This document shows, one piece after another, positions 51,081-61,363 of a stretch of DNA of 64,000 nt (positions are counted from its first letter, which is position 1; every line of letters starts with the position of its first letter). The position numbers and the translations under genes are program-made. Location of the stretch: contig NW_027117338.1 of NCBI RefSeq assembly GCF_038025025.1, positions 1,860,001-1,924,000 of the forward strand. Direction: 5' to 3'. The DNA is from Phyllosticta citribraziliensis. Its lineage: Eukaryota. A model generated the notes under the pieces. It searched no databases and was not told the origin of the DNA. It worked only from the letters and a program-made list of their open reading frames with translations.

Positions 51081-54000
51081 TTACGCATCCTCCGCACTCG
51101 CCTTCTTCTTACTGTCGTCTTCGACGACCTTTGGCACAGGCGGTACCTCGACGCCCTCAACCCTCCACTCCATGCCGATGTAGCCATCGCTCACTACGCG
51201 AACATTCACCTTCCTCTCAACATCGCTCTCCGGCAGCTTGATCTTGACGTTGGTGTTCGGCCTTGCACCACCAGCACCGCCGCCCCTTCTAGACCCGTTG
51301 GCGTTGGTGGCAGGCCAGCTAACGCGCTTCAGGGCCACCACCTCGTCCGTCCCGGGCATCGACACAATGACGAAGAAGCCTTCGGTCTGCGGCTTGGGGA
51401 AGCGCGGCGCGTACATGCGGTACTCGCGGTTCGGCGCCGGATTGGCGCGCGCAACGTGGAGCGTTATGCCCAACGCATTCACCTGGGGAGCCGTGACCTT
51501 CAAGTCTGGCAGCGAGCCGAGCGGCTTCATGAAGCGACCAACGTTCGGATTGGGGATGCCCAGCTTCCTCGCTGCCTTCTCGAGGGTGGGGCGAGGCGCC
51601 GTGACGGCCTCGACGAGCGACTTGGGCGCTGCGTTGGCGTCCTTGAGGCGCTTCTGCTCCACTTCGGGCTCCACGCCGGGGAGGATGGAAAGCGGCCCGT
51701 CGGTGGGCCAGCGTGCACTCTTGACGCATTGCAGCAGCGTCATCATCATCCGCGCACTGCTCTCGTAGCCAAGCTCGGCCAGCACGTCGATGCTTGCCTG
51801 GATGATACGGATTGCCTGGTCAAGGACGCTGGTCTGATCACCGACGTAGTCGCTGATAGGAAGGTCGAGGCGCGAAAAGTGCGCTTGAAGCAAGAGGAAC
51901 GCTTTGACGTGCGGATCCCACATGGGCAGGCCAAAGTTTTCGGCCTTGAGTGGTAGAGCAGAGGAGAGCTCGACGTTGATGAGGTCCTCGTTGTGGCGGA
52001 CTGGCAGCTCGTCATACTCGCTTGCCGAAGACATCCAGGACAGGACGTCCTCGAAAGTGGCATCCGGCTTAGCGTGGCGGACGAGGTGCCTGATGGTCTT
52101 ATGAGACAGGTAGTAGTAGGACATGATCTTGCCCAGAGGTGTGGAGTCGACATCGCCATTCGAATGGACAGCGATACACTGAGAGTCGGCCAACTCTGTA
52201 AGGGATTGGTCGACCAACTCAATCATGTAGTCGTTGGCCAATTGTTGTGCCGCAGTCGTGTTGTGTTCCTCGGCCGAAATCTCTAGACCGTAGTAGGACG
52301 GGTTCTTGTGCAGTCTGCGGAAGAAGAATGTCCACGTCAGGTAGTCTAGGGCATCCTGCTTCGTTGCTATGGTTCCGGCAGAAACTTCGGCACCCAAGTG
52401 GTTGTCCAGGACTTTGTGAAGGGTCGACTCAACGGGGAATCCGGTGTGGAGGAAATGCTTGTAAAAGTCCTTCTTGGAGTCTTGGGTAAAGATGCGCGCA
52501 ATACCGGTCGAGTCGAACTGTGGACGACCGGCACGACCCAACATTTGGAGCACGTCGGTCAAATCCATGTCTCTGTAAGCTTCAATCTTGGCGTCGAAGT
52601 ATTGCGTACCCTTGACAACGACAAGATGGGCCGGCAAGTTGACACCCCAAGCAAGAGTGCTGGTGGCAACCAGGATCTGGATTTTGTTGTTCGCAAACAG
52701 CTCTTCTGAGAGCTGACGATCAGATTCGACGAGACCGGCATGATGAAGACCTATGCCAAACGTCAAAGCTTCGCGTAGAGCATCATCTTTGACACGGTCC
52801 AAATTCAGGGTCAAGTCATCGTCGGACATGTGCACAAACCGCCTAGGATTGTCTTCCATGCCACAGTAATTGATGAGGTCCCTTGCAGTAAGTCTTGTCT
52901 GTCTTCTCGACGCAACAAACACAATGACTGGTTGGTCTGGTGAATGAGCCTTGATTGCCAAAAAGGTGGGCCGGTTCATGCTTTGCATCAAGGGACAGAA
53001 GCCGCGCTGCTCTGGGAATCCGTCGATGTAGATTTCCAACGGTACTGGACGAACTGAGTGGCGGAAGTTGAACAGTCCCTGCTTGACACCAAGCCAGTTG
53101 CCCAAGTCCGTAGCGTTTGCACAAGCGGTGGACATGCCCATCAGGCGGACAGACCCTTTCTTCTGCGAGGCAATGTAGTTCATACGAGAGACAATGATTT
53201 CCAGAATCGGGCCACGGTCACCGCCGAGAAGGTGAATTTCGTCGATGATTACGAGACTGACTTGCCGGACATAGTCACGAGTTTGCCAGCTACGAGAGAT
53301 ACCGTCCCATTTTTCGGGAGTCGTGATGATGATGTCAGCGTCTCTGATGGATCTGGTGTCTGGCGTGTTGTCACCAGTCAACTCGACCAGCTTGAGACCC
53401 ATTGGCCCAGTCAGACGTGCTCCCCAGTCCTGGACTCGTTCGCGCACAAGGGCTTTCATGGGAGCGATGTAGACAATCTTGGAGCCAGGGTTCTCGCGGA
53501 AAGCCCACCACATGGCCAACTCACAAGCCACTGTCTTGCCAGATCCGGTGGGCGAGCCGAGCAGAACGTTGGCTGAAGTGTGGTATAGGCAGTGAAAGAG
53601 CTGCGTCTGCATTGGGTTGAAGAACTGGAACCGCTTGCCATAGATCTCCTCGAGCAAAGGATTCTTCAGAGCGGTGATGGGCAGTGGCTGGAGGTTGAGC
53701 AAGTCCGTGTACACACTCTCCGTGTCTGGTCTGATGAGGTGTTGGAAAGAGACCGGCGTGACCGTCTCGGCTCCAAGCCAGCGGTCTGACACGGCCCTCA
53801 CGTAGATCTGAGAAGGCAGTGGATCCGACAAGGGAATAGTGAAGTTGAGCTCGTGGTCATCGTAGAGCTTCTTCCGGGAGAGGATGAAATACTCGTGATG
53901 ATAGATTTCTGATGTCTCAGAGTTCTCTACCCAGATCCAGAAGGGCTCAGAATTGCCATGGTGGCGGTCGTTCCATCGGAATTCCGGGCTGATGTAGAGA

Positions 54001-57000
54001 CGAATCCGCAAAACATCGCGGTTCAGAGGAGCGATTTCCGCCTCAACCGAGACTGTTGGGAAATTGTCGAGGAGTTTGGAAATGACACCGCCCATTTTGT
54101 TGTTGTGGACCAGCTGTCCGATTTCGGTCGGCTCCATGTCCCTCATTGATTCAATGGCCGTCACGCTCCGTTTCTCATCTAGGTTCCGGAGCACTGGCTG
54201 TGGCAAATCGAATTGGTGGAAAGGGTGCTGGAAAGGCCAGATCTGCTTTTCGATCGACTTGCACAGAGTCAACAAAACCAGACACAAATGGCCCCAGCGT
54301 CTGTTCAATGCAATCATGAAAAGTGCTCGACAGATACGAGTCGCGTTTTGCGCAACATAGGCAGTATCTGATACAAGGGTAAAGTCGTCAAGACGAGCCC
54401 TTGATATGTGGCCCTGAAGCAACACATTGGTCTTTGAGTGAGGGGTGCCAATGCCTCCGTGGATATCACACGGAACAATGTCTTCGTTTTCCTTCAGGCG
54501 CACGAGCTCTTTCTCTTCGCTATCGCGGAATTGGATGTTATCGAACTCCCCGCTCATGCTGATCATTCGGAGAACATCGGCTTCCGACGCGTGAGGGTGC
54601 ATCATGGTGTTGAAGATTTCAACACTAGTTTGAAGGACGTAGTATTGACTCGCGATGCGGCCAACGTCCTTGGCCTTGAGCTCCTCGGTGGTTTCGTTGA
54701 AAATTATCATCTGGCTCTGCTGCAACACTCTTGCGGCGTCTATGATGAGCTTTCTGCGGCGCAGAACCAGCTGAGGGTCGTCCTGGGCTTCTGCCCACTC
54801 TATCCCATAGGAGATCGGGTTGCGTTGCATGCGAACAAAGAGATAAGAATATCCAAGCCACTGGACGGCCTCGGACACCGAAGTGACCGTACCAAGAGAA
54901 ACTTCGGCGTTGAGATTGTCTACGAGCCTTTTCGAGAAGTTGGACTCGATGGGTTGCTGCTGGGTGACGGTAGTGAGGTAATGCTGGAGCTTGTCGTGAG
55001 TTGTGCAAATGTAACCTATTCCGGTGTCTTGGAATTGCGGACGACCAGCACGACCGAAAATCTGCAAGACGTCGAGGATGCCGAGATCGACGAATTTACC
55101 CTCCTGGGCACTGTATAGTTGAGTTCCCTTGATAACGACTGCGGCAGCGGGCAAGTTGACACCCCATGCCAAAGTAGCCGTACAACACAGCACTTTGACC
55201 ACTCCGTCAGCGAAGAGGCGTTCGACCATGTTCCTGTCAGATCTAGGCATGCCCGCGTGGTGCGTGCTCAAGCCTTTGGGGAGCAACTCTCGCAGTTCAC
55301 GGGCGCGGGAAGACTTCATGTCTCGAACTGCCAGGTCGTAGTTTGGATGGCCAGCTGGGTCGAACAAATCCGTCGAGGCATCTTCCATGGCCTTCTCATA
55401 CAAAGTCTTTGCGGTCTTGAACGTGTCCTTCCTCGAGTGAACGAATACCATGACTTGGTGGCCCCTTGACAGCATCTCTTTGACCTTCTCGAACGCAACT
55501 TGGTCCAAGTTTTCTCTTGACTTGACCGTACCGGCCTTTCCTTTTACACCCACAAAGTGCTGCTCCAATGGTACAGGTCGGAATGAGGCGTCAAAGTAAA
55601 ACAGTCCAGCCATGCGGTTGACCTTGAGAAAATCGGCCACGTCGATGTAGTTTGGCAGAGTGGCAGATAATCCAACGATTCGGATGAGAGACTGTGTGCT
55701 CTCGACTTGGCGTTGTGTACGAGCGACTAGGGATTCCAGGACAGCACCTCGCTCGTCGTGTAGCATGTGGACTTCGTCAATAATCAAAAGGCGGACCTTT
55801 TGAACCAACTCGGTGTCTCCCGTGCTCTTGCGTGTCACCACATCCCACTTCTCAGGGGTGGTAACAATGATTTGTGTTTGCAAGATCTCCGACTTGGTGA
55901 GGTGCATGTCACCTGTCAACTCGCGAACCTGAACGCCGAGCCATGCTAACCGCTTCCCAAGCTTTTCCACAATTTCAGCGGCCAAAGCTTTCATCGGTGC
56001 CACATACACAATCTTGAAATCGTCGGCCTGAAGGACGAATTCATCGGAGTCTGGCTCCTCCCAGGGGCTGGGAATGATGTTCTTTGCAATAGTGTTGAGA
56101 ATAGTCAACATTGCAGCATCTGTCTTACCGGCACCGGTGGGAGCGCAAATGAGCATGTTCTCGCTCGTCTTGTAAGCCACCGGGTAAACGAGACTCTGCA
56201 TGCGATTGAGTGCCTTGTACCCTTTAAAGGTCCTTTTGCAGAGCCCGTCCAGATCCTTGACTTCAACGAGAGACTGCCCCACACCAAGAGTTCCGACTTT
56301 CGCAGCGGGTATGGAGAATTCTTCAAACAGGTTGTTGTCATCTCTGATGGTGCCATGTGGGAGGGCGTATTTCGAACCAAAGGCGGACAAGGTGTTGCCA
56401 GCCTGGTGAGCCTTGTAGACATGAGGATATTGATCACCGCCTCGTTTGACACTGGGTGCAAGCGCGGCAGTTTTGTGTTCGCGATCGGCACGCTGTAGAG
56501 CTTCCTCTCTCTCGGCCTTGGTCTGAAGACGGATTCCGCCACCTTGGTCGGCGCTCTTCAGAGCTTTGGTGATTTCTTGCCGATGGCTTATCAATTCAGC
56601 AACAAAGTCCAGCTCTCCATAGCCCACAATGTCAGCAAGCATCATCTGCAGTTCTTCATCATTGCTATCAGAAGATAGAATCGCCACAATCTGCTCGTGC
56701 AAAGCTTGAGCATCTAAGCCAGAGCCTCTTTGCGCAACGCCATGGCATTGATCGAAGAGCCATTCCAGGCCATACTGAAAGGCTTCTGGCGGCTGGTCCA
56801 GGGGAAAATCGTCGTAGACAGCAGCGTCGTCGCCACTGTAATCGTCCTCGTCGCTGACGAGATCCCAAATACCGTCACCGCTTGCAGTCCCGGATAGATC
56901 TTCGTCGTCCACGTTCCAGTCGTCTCCATATTCTGGAACTTCGCCATTCTTTTGAGGCAGATTGAGATCTGCTATGGCGGCGCGCATCTCAGCCAACTGC

Positions 57001-57041
57001 GCGAGCCACAGCGACTCGGCAGTTTCCAATGAGGGAGACAT
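51081..57041 (-). CDS. SLH1: Ski2-like tandem helicase Slh1/Rqt2 (ASCC3 orthologue)
   Basis: 1986-aa intronless ORF; two helicase cassettes (APTGAGKT/DEVH; SPTGSGKT/DEIH), each followed by a Sec63-like region. An intact second cassette and LDVLQIFGRAGRPQF favour Slh1 over Brr2. Confidence 0.93.
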   Translation of the reverse strand: MSPSLETAESLWLAQLAEMRAAIADLNLPQKNGEVPEYGDDWNVDDEDLSGTASGDGIWDLVSDEDDYSGDDAAVYDDFPLDQPPEAFQYGLEWLFDQCHGVAQRGSGLDAQALHEQIVAILSSDSNDEELQMMLADIVGYGELDFVAELISHRQEITKALKSADQGGGIRLQTKAEREEALQRADREHKTAALAPSVKRGGDQYPHVYKAHQAGNTLSAFGSKYALPHGTIRDDNNLFEEFSIPAAKVGTLGVGQSLVEVKDLDGLCKRTFKGYKALNRMQSLVYPVAYKTSENMLICAPTGAGKTDAAMLTILNTIAKNIIPSPWEEPDSDEFVLQADDFKIVYVAPMKALAAEIVEKLGKRLAWLGVQVRELTGDMHLTKSEILQTQIIVTTPEKWDVVTRKSTGDTELVQKVRLLIIDEVHMLHDERGAVLESLVARTQRQVESTQSLIRIVGLSATLPNYIDVADFLKVNRMAGLFYFDASFRPVPLEQHFVGVKGKAGTVKSRENLDQVAFEKVKEMLSRGHQVMVFVHSRKDTFKTAKTLYEKAMEDASTDLFDPAGHPNYDLAVRDMKSSRARELRELLPKGLSTHHAGMPRSDRNMVERLFADGVVKVLCCTATLAWGVNLPAAAVVIKGTQLYSAQEGKFVDLGILDVLQIFGRAGRPQFQDTGIGYICTTHDKLQHYLTTVTQQQPIESNFSKRLVDNLNAEVSLGTVTSVSEAVQWLGYSYLFVRMQRNPISYGIEWAEAQDDPQLVLRRRKLIIDAARVLQQSQMIIFNETTEELKAKDVGRIASQYYVLQTSVEIFNTMMHPHASEADVLRMISMSGEFDNIQFRDSEEKELVRLKENEDIVPCDIHGGIGTPHSKTNVLLQGHISRARLDDFTLVSDTAYVAQNATRICRALFMIALNRRWGHLCLVLLTLCKSIEKQIWPFQHPFHQFDLPQPVLRNLDEKRSVTAIESMRDMEPTEIGQLVHNNKMGGVISKLLDNFPTVSVEAEIAPLNRDVLRIRLYISPEFRWNDRHHGNSEPFWIWVENSETSEIYHHEYFILSRKKLYDDHELNFTIPLSDPLPSQIYVRAVSDRWLGAETVTPVSFQHLIRPDTESVYTDLLNLQPLPITALKNPLLEEIYGKRFQFFNPMQTQLFHCLYHTSANVLLGSPTGSGKTVACELAMWWAFRENPGSKIVYIAPMKALVRERVQDWGARLTGPMGLKLVELTGDNTPDTRSIRDADIIITTPEKWDGISRSWQTRDYVRQVSLVIIDEIHLLGGDRGPILEIIVSRMNYIASQKKGSVRLMGMSTACANATDLGNWLGVKQGLFNFRHSVRPVPLEIYIDGFPEQRGFCPLMQSMNRPTFLAIKAHSPDQPVIVFVASRRQTRLTARDLINYCGMEDNPRRFVHMSDDDLTLNLDRVKDDALREALTFGIGLHHAGLVESDRQLSEELFANNKIQILVATSTLAWGVNLPAHLVVVKGTQYFDAKIEAYRDMDLTDVLQMLGRAGRPQFDSTGIARIFTQDSKKDFYKHFLHTGFPVESTLHKVLDNHLGAEVSAGTIATKQDALDYLTWTFFFRRLHKNPSYYGLEISAEEHNTTAAQQLANDYMIELVDQSLTELADSQCIAVHSNGDVDSTPLGKIMSYYYLSHKTIRHLVRHAKPDATFEDVLSWMSSASEYDELPVRHNEDLINVELSSALPLKAENFGLPMWDPHVKAFLLLQAHFSRLDLPISDYVGDQTSVLDQAIRIIQASIDVLAELGYESSARMMMTLLQCVKSARWPTDGPLSILPGVEPEVEQKRLKDANAAPKSLVEAVTAPRPTLEKAARKLGIPNPNVGRFMKPLGSLPDLKVTAPQVNALGITLHVARANPAPNREYRMYAPRFPKPQTEGFFVIVSMPGTDEVVALKRVSWPATNANGSRRGGGAGGARPNTNVKIKLPESDVERKVNVRVVSDGYIGMEWRVEGVEVPPVPKVVEDDSKKKASAEDA

Positions 57042-57360
57042 GCTGGTGATTGGGAACCGGAAGAACAGTTCGCTGGGGTTTGAAAAGAAGGATGCTCGGC
57101 AGATGTTGACAGAGAAAAGTTGATGAAAGAACCATGGCTTGGGTCGTGTGTGTCATCCGCGCCGAGACGATCCCCCGCCGCCTCCGCTCCTTGACCGCCT
57201 TCGCGCCCTGATCGGTGCAGCGAACGGCGGACCTACAACCCACTTCATACACCCTCGTTTCAGAGCTGCACATCTTCCTCCCTTGATACCCGACTTCTCT
57301 GCCACCGGAACCTTTCCTCACTTCTTCAACACATCGCCTCTGAAGCCCCTCCTTGCAGCC

Positions 57361-58192
57361 ATGAAGATTCTCTACATCGGTGTACGTCTCTCGCCTCAGG
57401 AAGCCGGCCGGCGAGCCCCCGCTGACGTCGCCCGAACAGATCCTCAAGAACGAGCAGCAGCCTGCTGTCGAGCTATGCGCCGAACGGGAGCTCTCCACCT
57501 ATTCGCGCTTCACGCGCTCTAGGCACGCCTCTCTTTGTTAAAAAACTCCGCTAGAACATGTGCTTACCGTCTTATCAGCGTCGGCGAGTTCATGACCATG
57601 TTCAGCAAGACTGTCGCCGAGAGAACGAAGCCGGGCCAGCGCCAGGACATCGAGGAGCAATGTAAAAGACGAACGTCCATCAGTCAGGAAGCGGGTCGCT
57701 GATCCGCGCTCTAGCATACACCTTCCACGCCTACGGCCGCACCGAAGGCATCTGCGGCATCATCATCTCCGACCACGAATACCCCGTCCTTGTCGCCCAC
57801 CAGCTCCTCTCCAAGATAGTCGACGAGTTCCTCAACAAATACCCGCGCAACGTCTTCACGGCGTCCAACGCCGAATGTCCGTTCCCGGAGCTCAAGGAGT
57901 ACATCGTCAAGTACCAAGACCCGCAACAGGCAGACAGCATCATGAAGATTCAAAAGGAGCTGGATGAGACGAAGATTGTGTTACACAAGACTATCGAGAG
58001 TGTGTTGGAGCGTGGAGAGAAGATTGACAACCTGGTAGCAAAGAGCGACGGTCTCAGCGCGCAGAGCAAAATGTTCTACACTCAGGTGGGTGGATCACCC
58101 CTTTTGGACGGTCTTGATTGCTGTGGATCCTCGCTGACACGAGATTCGACTCCCAGGCCAAGAAGCAAAACTCTTGCTGTCTCATCATGTAA
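57361..58192 (+). CDS. YKT6: Longin R-SNARE Ykt6, 5 exons
   Basis: [81 protein letters not shown] (CCAAX); introns 57382-57439, 57523-57578 (GC-AG), 57662-57714, 58086-58156. Confidence 0.96.
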
Positions 58193-58671
58193 CCTCTTTC
58201 TCCGCCACACATTTCGAGGAGCACGGATACGGTTTGGGTTGATTGGCATCACGATTACTGTTAATGATATTTCGAGAACACATACCCAGTTTGAACACTT
58301 CAATCGGACTTGCAACCAGACGAAAAGTGAACCTGTTCTCGAATGTCTGCAGCAGGGCAGACCATGAAATTGCGTTGAACGAGCATGCTCAACAAGGGGA
58401 AAATGGATACGGGAGATGAAAAAGGGTTGTGGGCAAACTGCTCACTCGGGGAACTTCTTTTCAACGGAATCAAAGTCTTTGGCTTGTAGCCAGATATCTG
58501 TTGCTCTGGTCCTAAGCCTGACGCAACTCACTTGGCAGAGCCTGACACTGCTCGTTCACACCATTCGTTCCAAATCAAGATTGGCAATCCAAATGGCTCT
58601 GAAATACAACCCATGAAATCATTCAATTCGCTAAGGAAATGCTGCTTTTTGTTGTATTATGCGCTCAGAGC

Positions 58672-59940
58672 CTAGTGAATAAGGCGAAGAACCTTGAACA
58701 AATCACCAGAAACACCCATGGCGGTAACATCACCACCAGCGCCAGCGCCTTGGATGATGAGCGGCTTGTCACCGTAGCGTTTGGTGTAAAAGTTGATGAT
58801 GTTGTCGCTGCCCTTGAGAGCAGCAATGGGGTGCGAGTGGTCAAACCTGCGTCAGGGTTAGCGCAAATCCTTCTAATTCCTCCAGCAGCAAGACACTTAC
58901 TTCTCCAAGCCGACCTTGACCTGCTTGGACGGCACGTCAATGCTACCCACGAACCGCACGACCTTGCCCTCCTTCTCGGCCTCGGCCTTGATCTTGTCCA
59001 TGTCAGCGTCAAACTCGGGCAACCGGGCCAAGAACTCGTCGCCGGTGGCCACGGACTCGAGCTCCTTGGGGATCAAGCTCTGGACGGGGAAAGAGGTGGG
59101 GTTCTCGATGGGCAGACCGGACAGACGGGCCAGGATGGTCAGCTTGCGGGCAACGTCGAGGCCGTTGAGGTCGTCGCGGGGGTCGGGCTCGGTGAAGCCC
59201 AGGTCCTTTGCCTTCTTGACCTCGGCGCTGAACTTGCCGCCGCCGCCAGCGACGGGCTGGAAGCTGTTGAAGAGGAAGGACATGGTGCCGGAGAAGACGC
59301 CCTCGATGCGGCGGACCTCGTCGCCCGTCTCGACGAGCTCCTTGAGCGTGCTGAGGACGGGGAGGCCCGCGCCGACGGACGACTCGTGGAAGACGTAGCC
59401 GCCGGCGCCGTGGCCGTTGGCCGCCGCGCCGTAGATGGCCTGCCACAGGCTGTAGCTGCCGCTGAAACCCTTCTTGTTGGGCGTCACGACGCTGATGCCC
59501 TTCTTGAGGAACAGCGGGTACGCGTCGGCCACGTCTTGGTTGGAGGTGTTGTCGACGAGCACTACCTTGCTCGGGGCGGCGGCCAGGTAGTCGGCGATTT
59601 CGGACGGCGAGAGCGGCCCCGCGGACGAGGCGCTCAGGTCAGATTCCCAGCTGCTGAGCTTGATGGGGGCATAGTTGGCGTGGCGGAGGACCTTGGAGCT
59701 GCGGGCCAGCAGGATCAGGGACAGGTAGATGGGAGCTTGGGCATTTTGCGAGAGGCGTCCGGCGATTTCTTGGACCTGGTTGAGGAAGCACTTTCCAACA
59801 CCACCGGTGCCTGGTATCGTGGGCCGGTCAGGTCAGGGACAACTCGGGGTGACTCAATGCCAAGCAGAGGACAGGATTTGTCTAGGAGATGGGATGACTA
59901 TACCGATGACAGCGAGGAAGATTTGGCGGGGGGCAGGCAT
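58672..59940 (-). CDS. HOM6: Homoserine dehydrogenase, 3 exons
   Basis: AVIG|TGGVG, VDNTS, TPNKK, HESSVGAGLP, GVFSGTMS, TEPDPRDDLNGLDVARK, IQGAGAGGDVTAMGV; exons 59940-59904, 59810-58901, 58846-58672. Confidence 0.96.
59850..59856 (+). promoter_or_regulatory. Perfect Gcn4/CpcA heptamer inside HOM6 intron 1
   Basis: TGACTCA within intron 59811-59903. Confidence 0.45.
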
Positions 59941-60247
59941 TGTGAATGAATTGATGGCGCAAACAAGTCTCGTGGAAGTTGGACTGTGAAGCTTGAGACA
60001 GGAGAATACGGGAGTTAAGGTATTTTGAAGCTCAACCCCTCCAATTGCGTCAGTCAGGTGGAGCGAGCGTTTTTGCTTGACGTGGGGTCATAACACTGAG
60101 CGAGCTCTGGCGGTGTTGAATTATTCTCGGCCCCGCCAGACAGGGATCCCGCAGTCCCGCGTCGGAAGTCTTGCCGGCCCAAGGGAACTTCCATCAACAA
60201 CAACACTAAACAACCTCTGCTCTCCCGCGTCGACCCTCCTTGCCACC

Positions 60248-61363
60248 ATGGCATCGAAGGACAACTCGCTCTACGGAGTACCTCGCCCGAAGAAGAACTC
60301 CGGCAAAGAACTCAGCTCCTCGACGAACCTCGCCTTCGCGTCACAGCTCTCGAGCCTTATCGCATCCTCGTCCTCCAACGCAAGCTCCAAAGACACGTCT
60401 GCGAAACCGCGCCCGCGCCCACGCGATCGCGACGACATCTTCACCCAGCACAATCGCAACAGTCGCAAGCGCGCGCTAGCCGATATCTCGAACGACGAGA
60501 ACCCCGCCTTTTCCCAGCGCCACAGCACCCACAGCGAAGCCGTCGACGAAGCAACATGGCGGCGCAGCAGGCGCAAAATGGAGGAGAAGGCGCGTCTGTA
60601 CGCTGCCATGAAGCGCGGTGACGTTGAGGACGACGACGAGCGCTTCGCCGTAGACTTTGACCGCAAGTGGGCCGAGGCGCATCCGGAGGGCGATGGCGAG
60701 GGCGGGGAGGATGATACTTCGTCTGGCGATGACGACGATGGCGACGATGATGGCGAGGAGGAGGTCGAATACGAGGACGAGTTTGGGCGCACGAGGAAGG
60801 GCACGCGCGCGGCAGCTGCGCGCGCCGAGCGCTCGAAGACGCAGGCAACGCGGGAGCCGGAGGGCGAAGCGGCGCGTCCGGCCATGCCCTCGAATCTCAT
60901 CTACGGCGACACGATTCAGTCGGCGGCATTCAATCTCGACGAGGGCCTGGCGCAACGGGAGTTTTCGCCGCCACCGCAGGCGCATTTCGACGCGGACAAG
61001 GAGATTCGCACAAAGGGGGTTGCATTCTTCCAGTTCAGCAAGGACGAGGAGGAGAGGAAGAAGCAGATGGAGGCCCTTGAAAAGGAGCGGGGGGAGACGG
61101 AGCGAAGGAGAATCGAGAGGGAGAAGAAGATGGAGGAGCGCAAGAGGCAGGTCGAAGAGAGGAGGAAAGTGTTGAGAGAGAAGAGGACGGCTGCAACAGC
61201 GGATCGCTTCCTGGATGGATTGATGAACGAGATGGGTAGCTTGCCTGAGGAGGGAGATTCAACAAAAGATGCAGCAAAGAGCGAAGAATCCAAGGGGGAG
61301 ACCGTGCCGGACGAATATGCTGGAAAGAAGCAGCCTGACGGAGCATTACTTGAAGACAAGTGA
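60248..61363 (+). CDS. CCDC174-like (DUF4078) coiled-coil protein
   Basis: KMEEKARLYAAMKRG, VDFDRKW, VEYEDEFGRTR, HFDADKEIRTKGVAFFQFSKDEEERKKQMEAL; GCCACCATGG start context. Confidence 0.85.
   Translation: MASKDNSLYGVPRPKKNSGKELSSSTNLAFASQLSSLIASSSSNASSKDTSAKPRPRPRDRDDIFTQHNRNSRKRALADISNDENPAFSQRHSTHSEAVDEATWRRSRRKMEEKARLYAAMKRGDVEDDDERFAVDFDRKWAEAHPEGDGEGGEDDTSSGDDDDGDDDGEEEVEYEDEFGRTRKGTRAAAARAERSKTQATREPEGEAARPAMPSNLIYGDTIQSAAFNLDEGLAQREFSPPPQAHFDADKEIRTKGVAFFQFSKDEEERKKQMEALEKERGETERRRIEREKKMEERKRQVEERRKVLREKRTAATADRFLDGLMNEMGSLPEEGDSTKDAAKSEESKGETVPDEYAGKKQPDGALLEDK

Noticed and set aside
58639..59949. 436-aa plus-strand ORF antisense to the whole HOM6 gene
   Set aside because: Same codon-bias shadow; both introns happen to be 3n (54 and 93 nt); the sequence mirrors the sense codons.
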